A stretch of 63,227 nt of DNA, filler included, from Chiloscyllium plagiosum (GCF_004010195.1; 4 parts of one record of this genome joined end to end with filler, not necessarily neighbours in it); one strand, 5' to 3'. Positions 40,434 through 52,559 are shown, counted from the first letter of the whole stretch. Translations and numbers: made by a program. The notes: generated by a model not told the origin, from the letters alone.

Positions 40434-41369
40434 AAGTTTAAAATCACACAATACCAGGTTCTCACCCAAAAAGTTTATTTGAAAGTACAAGCTTTCGGAG
40501 TACCACTCCTTCGTCAGGGGCAGTATCATTGGAAACAGAATTTATAGTAAAAAATCAAAGTGTCATACAACTGATGCGCCGAATTGAACAAACCTAGATT
40601 GCTGTTAAGTCTTTAATCACTTAAAATGGGGATGCAGGTTTGGATTGATTCATATATAAATCCCAGAACTTCTTTCAAGTCACAGCCCCGAGATAACTTA
40701 AGGTTTTATCAGTATTTTAAAAAGTGTCATCTCAGCTTAGACAATGCATTAAAGGTGTGAGGTTAAAGTCTGTCTGTATCCCAACCTTGAGTCAGACTGG
40801 TTCTCTATCCAAAGTAGGAATTTATAAAATGTCACATGGACTGACTGACTGCAGATTGTGTGCTTTTTGAACAAAATCAAGTGTAGATTTTTGTGTTTAT
40901 GTTTGTGTGTGTGAGGGAGGGAGAGGGTGTGTGTTTGTTTTTAATAGTGTGTGCATGAGAGTGTGACAGAGTAAATGTCTGTGCGAGGAAGCGTGCATAA
41001 GTGTGTGTGTCTGAGAGCATGTGTATGAGAGAGGGTCTGAGTGAGTGCAGAATGTACTGGGGTCACCTATAGCGTGACATGAACCCAAAATCCAAGTTGA
41101 GGCCGTCCTCATGGGTACCAAACTTGGCTATCAGTCTCTGCTCAACGATTCTGCATTGTTGTGTATCTTGAAGACCATCTTGGAGGACAGTCACCCAAAG
41201 ATCTGAGGTCGAATGTCCTTGACTGCTGAAGTGTTCCCACAAGCTACCTGATGAAGGATCAGCGCTCTGAAAACCTGTACTTCAAAATAAATCTGTTGGA
41301 CTAAAACCCTGTGGTATGTGATTTTTAACTTTGTACACCCCAGTCCAACACATGCACCTCCAATTCATG
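40434..41369. mobile_element. Second-family PLE insertion with inverted terminal pLTRs and minus-strand GIY-YIG C-terminus
   Basis: TSD ACCACTATTTCA at 40422-40433 and 41370-41381; EHFSSQGHS..EQRLIAKFGTHEDGLN at ~41068-41238 (minus). Confidence 0.85.
40489..40517 (-). ncRNA. Minimal hammerhead ribozyme motif, second family
   Basis: Minus strand CUGACGA-A-GGAGU-GGU-ACUCC-GAAAGCUU. Confidence 0.7.
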
Positions 41370-41564
41370 ACCACTATTTCAGACACTGCACTCCAGAATA
41401 AAAAATACACACTTTTTTATATCATGTCGCATCTGAGTCTTCTGACAATTACATCAATAGCAACTGCTTATTACAAGTTCCTGCTTTCTGAGGCCAATTT
41501 CACATTTGTGTCACCAGTAATCCCTTAAATCATTGATTTCAATATGTTGACAGGTACACTTTAG

Positions 41565-44500
41565 GACAATACAGCGCAGAACAGGTCCTTCGGCCCTCAA
41601 TGTTGCATAGACCTGTGAACTAATCTAAGCCCATTCCCCTACACTATCCCATCATCATCCATATTCTTATCCAAGGACTGGTTAAATGCCCCTAATGTGG
41701 CTGAGTTAACTATACTGGCAGGCAGGGCATTCCACACCCTTACCACTCTGAGTAAAGAACCTGCCTCTGACATCTGTCTTAAATCTATCACCCCTCAATT
41801 TGCAGCTATACCCCTTCGTACAAACCAACATCATCATCCTAGGAAAAAGACTCTTACTGTCCAACTATCTAATCCTCTGATCATCTTGCATGTCTCCATT
41901 AAATCCCCGCTTAGCATTCTTCTCTCCAATGAGAGCACACCCAAGTCCCTCAGCCTTTCCTCATAAGACCTTGCCTCCAGACCAGGCAACATCCTGGTAA
42001 ATTTCCTCTGCACCTTTTCTAATGCTTCCACATCCTCCTTGTAATGGGGGCGACCAGAACGCACACAATATTCCAAGTGAGGTCACACTAGCATTTTGTA
42101 CAGTTGCAGCATGACATCATGGCTCCGGAACCCAATACCAATACCAATAAAACCTAACACACCATATGCCTTTTTACCAGAACTATCAACCTGGGTGGCA
42201 ACTTTCATGGATCTATGTACATGGACACCAAGATCCCTCTGCACATCCACACTACCCAGTATCTTTCCATTGACCTAGTATTCTGACTTCCTGTTATTCT
42301 CCCCAAACGGAATCACCTCACATTTATCTGCTTTGAACTCCATTTGCCCCCTCTCAACCCAATTCTGCAGTTTATACAAGTCCCCCTGCAACATTCTTCC
42401 ATACTGTCCACCACTCCACCAGCTTTAGTGTCAACAGCTAACTTACTAACCCATCCACCTATGCCTGCGTCCAAGTCATTTATAAAAATGACAGCAGTGG
42501 TCCTAAAACAAATCCCTGTGGCACACCACTACTAACCGGACTCCAGGCTGAATATTTTCCATCAACCACTCACTGCCTTCTTACAGAAAGCCAGTTTCTA
42601 ATCCAAACTGCTAAATCACCCTCAATCCCATTACTCCGCATTTTTCCGTAGCCTACCACGTGGAGCCTTTACAAAGGCTTTACTGAAGTCCACGAACACC
42701 ACATCAACTGCCCTACCCTCATCCATATGCTTGGTCACTTTCTCAAAAAACTCCATGAGGTTTGTGAGACATGACCTGCCCTTGACAAAACCATGTTGAC
42801 TATCTCCAATCAAATTGTTGCTTGCTAAATGATTATAAATCCTATCTCTTATAATCCATTCCAAAATTTTTCCTACAACAGTCGTAAGGCTCACTGGTCT
42901 ATAATTATCTGGGTCATCTTTATTGCCCTTCTTGAACAAGGGCACACTGTTTACAATCCTCCAGTTGTCTGGTACTAAACCTGTAGACAATGATGACTCA
43001 AAGATCAAGGTCAAAGGCTCCGCCATCTCCTACCTAGTTTCCCAGAGTATACTCTGATAAATCCCATCTGGCCCAGGGGACTTATCTACTTTCACACCTT
43101 CTAGAATTGATAACACCTCCTCCTTACTAACCTCAATCCTTTCTAGGCTGATAGCCCATACCTCATTCTTCTCCTCTACAATATTCGCCTTTTCCTGAAT
43201 GAAAATAGATAAGAAATATTCACCCTCCGATCTCCACAGGCTCCACACACAACTTCCCACTTCTGTCTTTGACTGGCCCTATTCCTTTTATTCCTCACAT
43301 ATCTATAGAAAGCTTTAGGGTTCTCCTTTATTCTACCTGCTAAAGACTGCTCATGTCCCATCCTTGCTCTTCTTAACTCTCTCTTTAAATTCTTCCGAGC
43401 TAATCTGTTACTCTCCATTGCCTCATCTGAACCATCTCGTCTCAATGTCACATAAGCCTCCTTCTTCCACTTAAGAGATACAATTTCTTTAGTAAACCAC
43501 GGTTCCCTTACCTTATCACTTCCTCTCTGCCTAACAGGGACATAACTATCAAGGACACGCAGTATCTGTTCCTTAAACCAGCTCCAATTTCAACTGCCCC
43601 ATCCCTTGCATTTTGCTACCCCATTCTATGCCTCCTAAGTCTTGTCTAATTGCATTATAATTGCCTTTCCCCCATCTATAAATCTTGCCCTGTAGCATGT
43701 ACCTATCCATTTCCATCGCTAAACTAAACATAACCAAATTATGGTCACTCTCTCCAAAGTGCTCACCTACCACTAAATCAAACACCTGGCCCAGTTCATT
43801 ACCAAGTACAAGATCCAATTTGACCTTCCCTCTTGTCGGTCCTTTGACATACCGTGTCAGGAAACCCTCCTGCACACATTGGACAAAAATTGATCCATCT
43901 GACGTACTAGAGTTAAAGCATTTCCAGTCAATGTTGGGGAAGTTAAAGTCCCCCATAATGACCACCCTGTTCCTTTCACTCCTACCCAGAATCGTTTTGC
44001 CAATCCTCTCCACATCACTGGAACTTTGCAGAGGCCTATAAAAAAACTCCCAGCAGTGTGACCTCTCCTCCTGTTTCGAACCTCAGCCCATACCACCTCC
44101 GTAGACGAGTCCTTATCAAAGGTTCTTTCAGCTAACGTTATACTGTCCTTGACTAACAAAGCCACATCTCCCCCTCTTTTACCACCTTCCCTGATCTTAA
44201 TGAAAGATCTAAACCCTTGAACCTGCAACATCCATTCCTCACCCTGTTCTATCCATGTCTCCGAAATAGCCACAACATTGAAGTCCCAGGTACCTATCCA
44301 TGCTGCAAGCTCACCTACCTTATTCCGGATACACCTGGCGTTGAACCAACTTGCCCTCTGTCAGCACATTCCTGTGACCGTGAAATCCTGTCCATGCTCT
44401 CCCTACTCTCATCCTCTTGTGTGCTGGAATTACACCACAAGTTCCCATCCCCCTGTTGAGTTAGTTTAAACCCACTCGAATAGCACTAGCAAATTTCCCA

Positions 44501-45641
44501 CCCAGGAAGTTTGTATCCCTCTGGTTCAAGTGAAGACCGCCCTGTTTGTAGAGGTCCCATCTATCCCAGAATAAGCCCCAATTATCCATATACCCGAAGC
44601 CCTCCTTCCAGCACTATTCCTGCAGCCACGTGTCCAGCTGTTATCTCTCCCTAGTCCTCACCTTGCTATCACGTGGCACAGGTAACAAACTAGAGATAAC
44701 AACTTTGTTTATGGTAGCTCTCAGCTTCCACCCTAGCCCCCTGAAATCCTGCCTTACATTCCTATCCCTCTTTTTACCTATGTCGTTGGTACCTATGTGG
44801 ACCACGACTTGGGGATGGTCACTCTCTCCCCTTAGGACCCCAAAGACATGATCTAATACATCACGGACCATGGCACCTGGGAGGCAGCACACCCACAGTG
44901 AGTTTCTTTTGTTCCCAACAAACTTTCTACCTGCCCCTCTAACTATTGAGTCGCCAATGACTAACACTCTCCCCCTTTCCCTTCTGTGCCAGAGACCTGC
45001 CCCTAGTAAGTCAGCCGCCCCAACAGTATCCAAAACAGTATATTTGTTTTGCAGGGGAATGACTGCAAGGGATCCTTGCACTGACTTTTTTTTCCCCCTT
45101 CTAACAGTTACCCAGCTTTCTTCATGCTTAGGAGAAACTACTTCCCCGTAACTCTTATCTATCATAGACTCTGTCTCCCAAATGATCTGAGGTTCATCCA
45201 GCTCCCGCTCCAGTTCCGTAACGCGGTCTTGGAGGAGCAAGAGTTGGGTGCACTTCCTACAGATGTACTTGGATGGGACATTAACGACGTTTCTCACCAC
45301 AAACATCATGCAGGAGGAATGTTTCTCTCCCTGCACTGCCATCCCTACTAGTCCCCTTGTCAGAAAGTAAAAAAAGAAGAGAAGCTTACCTGATGTGTCC
45401 CTCGTGTCTAAGGTTAGAGGAGGTGATGGGTGGGAGGCCCTACAACGGTAGGGTCTCTGGTTTAGAAAACATCACTGATATAGCTGAGGGAGAAAAAAAA
45501 AGTCCCTTCTTCCTAGAAACCTCTGCTCTCCAATGTCAGATGTAAAGATTTAAATTAGTGATTCACTTTTCCCAGCAAGTCTATGGTCCAAGCTCACACT
45601 CTTCCTGCTGCTGAAAACAGAAATGGAGGGTTCCGAAGCTC
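41565..45641 (-). mobile_element. Near full-length degenerate CR1 LINE; its 5' UTR continues at ~51923-52000 beyond the L1
   Basis: ORF1 44641-45342; endonuclease AISETW, MGDFNFP, SDHN; RT NYRPVSLT, SQHGF, DFSKAF; C-terminal EKVQRKFTRM. Confidence 0.93.
44641..45342 (-). pseudogene. CR1 ORF1 with zinc-finger remnant and SGNH/GDSL esterase domain
   Basis: YICRKC; VLVIGDSIVRG; CCLPGA; VHIGTND. Confidence 0.85.
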
Positions 45642-47365
45642 GAGGTAAAATTTTTTTTATATAGGTATTTTTATGAAAAAAGAAAATTTTTAAGATTTTT
45701 TACAAAATTACAAAACTAATACAAACAAGTATAAACATCAATATAAAATTAAATAAATAAGAAAATATAAAAACCAAAAAAAGGAAAAAGAAAAAACCAA
45801 CTAACTACTAATCTATCCTACAAACAGCCAAAACATAAAATCGAATATCATACATTACCAGAAATAAACAATGAAATAACTAGATACATGCTCAAAATAG
45901 ATTTACCTCAAATCATAATAAAACCTGTATTTATACGGGATTCCTCCTCCCGTGGCCCCTGAAACAGCCAGAACCATTACCACAGCTAGACAAAAGCCCT
46001 GGACAGTATGGCTGGAATATCTATGTCGATGTAGTTCAAAAAGAGCTGCCATGTTTTATAGAATAATTCCATTTTTTGGTGCACCATATTTGTGAGGAAG
46101 TCAAGGAGAATATATTCCATGACTAACCTGTGCCAGTTTGAAAGTCCTGGAGGGCCATCAACTACCCAATTCACTAAAATATTTTTCCCTGCACAGAAAG
46201 AAAGAATGGTAAATAATTTCCTCCTGTACATATCCAGGGAGGAAAAATCTGAAGAGCCCAAAGGCAGGAACATTGGATCCAATCTAATCTCTATACTCAA
46301 GATCTCTGTCAAGGCATTCGTTACTCTGTCCCAATATCTACGGATTTTATGGCATGTCCATAGACAATGCATGAGAGCGCCAACTTCTACTTTACATTTA
46401 GGGAACATTGGGGATGCTCCTGCCTTGAATTTTGTGAGTCGTTCAGGTGCCATATGAACCCTGTGGAGTACCTTTAATTGAATAGCCTGAGTTCTATAAC
46501 AAATAGAGATCTTTCTGGCATTTTCCCAGATGTCCTCCCACATTTCTAATGAGACTTCCAACCCTAATTCTTGATTCCAGGTTTTAAATAATCGTTCCAT
46601 GTCCTTGGATACTTTATTGTATAATGAGTGATAAAGAGTACTAACCGAGGGGGATCCCATCGGCGAAAGCACTCTCCTTTCCCTATCCAATTTGTAGGGA
46701 TTAATTATCAGTGTGGTCTTCTTTTGTATATAATCTTGTATTTGGAAATATCGAAAAAGGTCCCTGTTAGGCAGTCCAAACGTCTGGTGCAACTGCTCAA
46801 AGGACATCATAACCTCCCCATTGAACAAGTCTCCCAAGCAGGAGATACCTCTGAACTTCCAAGTTTTAAATGTAGTATCTGTCATCCCTGGCTGAAATTC
46901 CGGTGCTCCCACTATAGGAGTATAAGGGAAGGTTTTTTGCAGGTTACCCTCATCTTGTCGCATTATCCTCCAGGCTTTAATTGTATTCAATATAATAGGG
47001 TTTTCACAATAGTCCATAATAGCTCTTAGCTTGTCCATATATAAAAGATTGATGAGGGGACATTTTGCTTGGGAGGTCTCAATATCTAACCAGATTGATT
47101 GTGGGTCACAAGAGACCCAATCAGCTAAATAAGATAATAAGGAGCTTAATTGATACCTCGTAAAATCTGGAAAGTCCAGTCCTCCTCTTGTTTGTGGGAG
47201 CTGCAGCTTTTCTAATTTGATAAGGGGCCGTCTATGATTCCAAATAAAGGAACCGAGCCAGTCGTAGAACGTACGCAATGCCTGTCTCGGCAGCATCAGG
47301 GGGAGTATTCTCATAGGATATAGAAAACGAGGTAGAATATTCATCTTAACTGGGGCTACCTACTC

Positions 47366-47820
47366 CTCAGATGCTGCCTGAACTGCTGTGCATTTCCAGC
47401 ACCACTCTAATCTAGAATCTGGTTTCCAGCATCTGCAGTCCTTGTTTTTACCTAGTTGATTTTAACCCTACTGCGAATCCTCTTGCAAGGATATCTGCCT
47501 TGAAGAGGTTTTCCTCCTCGACAAGAATCTCAGGGAGTCCCTCTCCCACTGCAACTCTTTGCTACCTTCCCCCACCCTCCTCCCTGACCTATCACCTCCA
47601 TCCCCACCTCCATTCACCTATTGTACTCTATGCTACTTTCTCCCCACCCTCCTCTCATTTATCTCTCCACCCTGCATGTACTCTGCCTCTATTCCTGATG
47701 AAGGGCTTTTGCCCGAAACGTCGTTTTTCCTGCTCCTCGGATGCTGCCTGAACTGCTCTGCTTTTCTAGCACCACTCTAATCTAGAACCTGGTTTCCAGC
47801 ATCTCTGCAGTCCTTGTTTT
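47366..47820 (+). mobile_element. PLE-derived partial-tandem (direct pLTR) insertion in L1 ORF2
   Basis: Direct repeats ~47366-47453 and ~47737-47825; flanked by TACCTACTC at 47357-47365 and 47821-47829. Confidence 0.85.
47695..47722 (+). ncRNA. Minimal hammerhead ribozyme motif, intact core
   Basis: CTGATGA-A-GGGC-TTTT-GCCC-GAAACGTC. Confidence 0.8.
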
Positions 47821-50800
47821 TACCTACTCTGCCTAACCAGGATATTGGGAGATCTCCCCAGCGTTGAAAGTCCTGACTTATTTTCTTTAACAGGTGCACA
47901 AAATTAGCTTTATACAGCTGACCAAATACTGGGGTGATAAAAATACCTAAGAACAGAAAACCTTTTAGTGACCACCGAAAGGTAAAGCAAGATCCATTCA
48001 GTAAATTGAATACACTGGCAAGACCTCCCAACGGCATGGCCTCAGATTTCACAAAATTAATTTTATAGCCTGAGAACATCCCAAATAAATTGATCACTTG
48101 GATTAGACGGAGCACGGATATCAAAGGATCACTTAAGAAGAGGAGGACATCATCTGCACATAGAGCGATTTTATGTTTGCCTAATCCAACCCTCGGAGCC
48201 ATTGTATTAGGGTCAGTTCGTATAGCTTCCGCCAATGGTTCAATCACTAGCGTGAACAATAATGGTGAAAGAGGACATTCATGACGACAACCCCTGCCGA
48301 TACTAAAGCTATCCGAACTTAAATCATTGGTGATCACTGCTGCTTTGGGATCATTATATAATACTGAAACCCATTTAGTAAATACCTCTCTGACACCGAA
48401 CCTTTCCAGTGTATAAAAAAGATATGGCCATTCTATCTGATCAAATGCCTTCTCTGCGTCCAAGGAGACAGCTAAACCCGGCATTGTTCCCTGTTGACAG
48501 GCTTATATCTTATTTAAGACCCTTCTGATATTATTAGTTGACCTGCGGCCCTTTATAAACCCCGTCTGGTCCTCTTTTATGATGTTTGGTAAGACCGTCT
48601 CCAATCTTAATGCTAACATGTTAGAAAGAATTTTGAAATCCACGTTTAGTAAGGATATGGGTCTATATGATGAGCAATCTTCTGGGACCTTTCCCTTTTT
48701 AAGAATAAGAGAGATGTTTGCTTCTCTCAACGAAGGTGAGTGGCAGCCCTGACTATGTGAATAATTATACCTATTCATGAGTGGCCTGGCCAGTTCCCCT
48801 ATAAATTCTTTATCGAACTCAACCTGGAATCTGTCTGGTTCAGGCATTTTGCCACTCTGAAGCTGCCTAACCGAGTACTTCCTGAGTTGTCAAGAAGGCA
48901 TTCAAGATTGACACCTGCTCCGAGGTTAAGCCCGGAAGGGCCAAATTTTTAAAGAAGGATTCCATCTTGATTCCATCTTCTCAATTCTATCCTCACAGTC
49001 CTGCGATTTACACAGTTCATAATATAACTTTCTAAATGCTGGATTGTTCATTTTTACAATCACAAGTTAGGGTACCAGCACTTTTTCTAATGAACGTAAT
49101 GGCTTGAGGAGCCTTTTTCTTTCGAGTAAGGTATGCTAGGTATCTGCCAGGCTTGTCGCCATATTCAAATAATCTCTGCTTTGCGAATAATATTTCCCTT
49201 TTTGCTGTTTGGGTAAGTGCGGTATTCAAAGCTGCCCTAAGGGTGATCCTTTGTAACTTAGTAATGGAAGGCCTGTTAAGATACGCTGTCTCAGCTGCTT
49301 TCAAGCGAGCCTCAAGCAGGAGCTGTTGCTCTCCCTTTTGTCTTTTCCAGGTCGCAGAATATGAGATGACAAAGCCTCTTGCATATACCTTAGTGGTCTC
49401 CCACATTATCGACGGGTTACTGGCCGTGCTTGAATTAATTTCACAGAAGGTTTTAAATTTCTGAGAAAAATACTTCATAAATTTGCTATCCTTCAATAAG
49501 AAGGGATCCATACACCAATGTCGGGGGCCTATCCCATCATCTCTAATCTTGACTTCCATATATACTGCGGCATGATCAGAAATAGCTCCATTACCTATTT
49601 TACAAGACAGTATGGAATTCAAAAGGGTTGAGGTGGCAAAAAACATATCAATACTGATATGGCATTTGTGTGGGTTAGAGTAGAAAGTAAAGTCTCTACC
49701 CTGGGGGTGAAGGCACCTCCATACACCCACTAGCCCTAGCTGCTTATTCAGATCCGCCAGTTGTCTAGATCTCAAAGATATACCCGTCGTGTCCTTTGGT
49801 ATCCCATCTGTCTCTGGGTTCATAATACAGTTAAAATCGCCTCCTATAATTGTATGGCGGACTCCAAAAGTCATCAACTTAGGATACGCTTCCGTTACAA
49901 ATTTAAAGGGATGCGCTGGGGGTACTAGAGATTCAAAATTCCATATTCCTCTCCATGTATTAGGGCTTTGATCAGTATATACCGTCCAGACTCATCTGTT
50001 ATCTGGCCTAACATTTGGAAAGGAAGATTCTTCCGAATAAGAATGGCTACTCCTCTACTTTTTCAACTGAAGGGTCAGAAAAAGGCCTGACCAAATCCAT
50101 CGTGTTGTTGCTTTAAATGTTCTTTGTCAAGAAGATGTGTCTCCTGTAAGAGAGCTATATTGACCCTCTCTTTTTTGAAACTTGATAATATCTTTTTCCT
50201 TTTGATTGGTGAATTACTCCCCTTGACATTCCAGGTGCACTAGCCATGATCGTTCAGGCAAGCTTGAGACCCCCTAGGAGGAAGAACCCCACTCAGAAAG
50301 CCTTGAATAAAGATGGTAGGAAATTCACAAATACGAAAATTCTTTAAAACATTTAAACCAACTCAATTAAAAACTATTCCTAAGTAAAAAAAAACGCAAA
50401 ACATATTTGAAAGGAGACTTTCCCCCTTGCTCCCGGGGGCATAAGTACCTATCGATAACCCCACCATAACCTCTCCTAGTTAGGGCCCTGCCTTCGGCCC
50501 AGGCATTATAGAATGGAGTGTACAAATTCAAATATTTTATAAAACCAGAGTTAAAAGTGAGTAACCCCACCCCCCACCCCCATAAGACCAACACATGGGT
50601 GTGTTTAGCAAACATAGTACAAAATAGGAATATATAAAATTACAAAATTACAATCCCGGCAAGTATTAGACAACTAAATAAAATGAGAAAAGAGGAAAAC
50701 CCCACTCTTAAGAAAAAGGCAAGACAAAATAAACCCCCTTTGCCCACAAATCAAGTAAGCCACGCAAACTATAAAATGGAAATCAAAGGAAGAGTAAGGA

Positions 50801-50930
50801 ACAAGCCCCCCCACCCCCCAACCCCCAGGGAGAGATGAGTGGAAGAAGGATGAAAAAAAAGAAAAAAGGGGGGTTAAACAAAGGGGGGCGCAAAATAAAG
50901 TTGTTATCCATACGGTTGGAGTTCCGCAGT

Positions 50931-51736
50931 CTATTTAAAAAAGTCCAAGAATTCTTTTGCTTTTTCCAGCGATCCTCCACGACTGAAGCGCAGTGTTGCC
51001 GGATAACGCATGAAATGTTGGATATTTAGATCTCTCAGATGCTTATTCCCCTCATCGAATGCCCTGCTCTTGTGGACCACGGCTGGAGAAAAGTCTTGAA
51101 ATAACATTATTCTGGAGCCCTTGTGCATCATGGCCTGGGGATCCTTCCCCAGGACTCTGGAGGTTTCCAGGAGCATTTGTTTATCTCTACAACATTGGAA
51201 TTGGATTAGAACCGGGCGGGGTGCTGGTCTGACTCGGGCCTGCGTACAGCAATCCAGTAGGCCCACTCCACCCGCACCCGGCCCAGTCCTGACTCCAACT
51301 TCAATAATTGTGGGAGCCATCGCTCCAAAACGTCTACAAGCTTGCCAACCTCTTTCCGTTTGGGAAGGCCCAGCAACTGAATATTTTTCCGACGGCCCCA
51401 ATTATCAAGGTCGTCGATGCACTCCTCCAGGGTTCATATCCGCTGCTCGAGAGCCCGGACCCGACCCACGGATGACTCGGTAGCAGTCTCCGAGGCCGAG
51501 GCACGTTGCTCCGCCCTTCTGACATGCTGCTCAAGTTTTTTGATTGGCTCCCACCTGGACCGGGGCTCCTCAATAAAAGCGTTGATCTTCTCTTGAAGTT
51601 TGGTGATCATGGAGATCAGGCTCGCCTCTGCAGGTAAGTCCCCCGAGGCAGCAGCGGACATCTCCGCTGCTGCGGGAGGGGGTGGAGGAGGGGTCCCTGC
51701 CTGTTGCGAGCTGCAGGAGTTTTTGCCCTTAGTCAT
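50931..51736 (-). pseudogene. L1 ORF1 (coiled coil, RRM, CTD type), frameshifted
   Basis: Heptad-like KLQEKI..LEQ..LEQRI; PRPVLIQF, IMLFQDFS, MRYPATL. Confidence 0.85.
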
Positions 51737-51891
51737 TTTCGAAACAACACCAAACTATCCAAGTTTGATGTAAAATGATTGACTACGCTGGGCAAAAGAT
51801 ATCTTAAATGATTTAAAGGGTGAGGTGAAGGCGGGTGCCCCACTTTGCCCGAGACTTAGGCAGAGCACTACAGACTCAGACTTGCTGGGTC

Positions 51892-51902
51892 GCCGCCATC
51901 TT
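51892..51902 (-). promoter_or_regulatory. YY1-type motif at the L1 5' end
   Basis: AAGATGGCGGC starting ~8 nt inside the TSD-defined 5' end. Confidence 0.6.
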
Positions 51903-52559
51903 GAATCTGGAGGTAAGATTTTAAAGATTTAAATTAGTGACTCATTTTTCCTGGCAGGCCCCAAGTCCAAGCTCCCACTCTTCCTGCTACTGGAAACAAA
52001 TATATTTTGAAAGTCAAATTGAAGGGAAGTGTGCAAGATTATAAAGAAACAATAGTGAAGAAGGAAACAATAGTCAAATATCACAAGGGGTAGAAAAATA
52101 TAAGCAGCAGAAATAAGAGCCAGAATAAATGGTTAAAAAGTCAAAGGTTAAAGCACTTTCTCTGAAGGCAATATTTGTGACAAGAAAGATGAGCTGACCA
52201 TCACAAAAAGAAATGAATATGACATTAAATTATCAGAGGGCAGCAGTGAGAAGCAACTGAGTAGGATCCTGGGGGAAGTTAGTTTGGTGACCACATCTGA
52301 GAAGGGTTTCATGGAGGACTGTGTGCTCAATAGGAAGAAGATTATCCAACAGAGAACGGTGATGATGAGCATTTGAGGAGGATTCTGGGAGAAGTCAGCT
52401 CAGTCACAACATCTGAGAAGGGGGTCACTTAGTCTGCCAGTTCTCAATCAGATCCTCCGAAATAAACTTATACATCCCTGGACACTATGGGCAATTTGAA
52501 CAGGGGTCAATCCTTTCGGGATCTGGACCAGCAAACTACAGGTCAGGGTAACACTGAGG

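Larger units (their letters stand above)
45986..50247 (-). pseudogene. L1 ORF2 (APE endonuclease, RT, C-terminal Cys/His motif), frameshifted and interrupted
   Basis: WNVKG, LQETHL, GGDFN, SDH; YRPISLLNVDFKIL, SLDAEKAFD, CPLSPLLF, ADD; KC..HCLWTC. Confidence 0.92.
45655..51909 (-). mobile_element. Full-length but disrupted LINE-1 (L1 clade)
   Basis: 5' UTR, ORF1, long spacer, ORF2, 3' UTR, short poly(A); 13-bp TSD GAGGTAARATTTT at 45642-45654 and 51910-51922. Confidence 0.93.

Noticed and set aside
45986..47344. 452-aa ORF as a stand-alone gene
   Set aside because: It is the C-terminal part of L1 ORF2, separated from the RT by the PLE insertion
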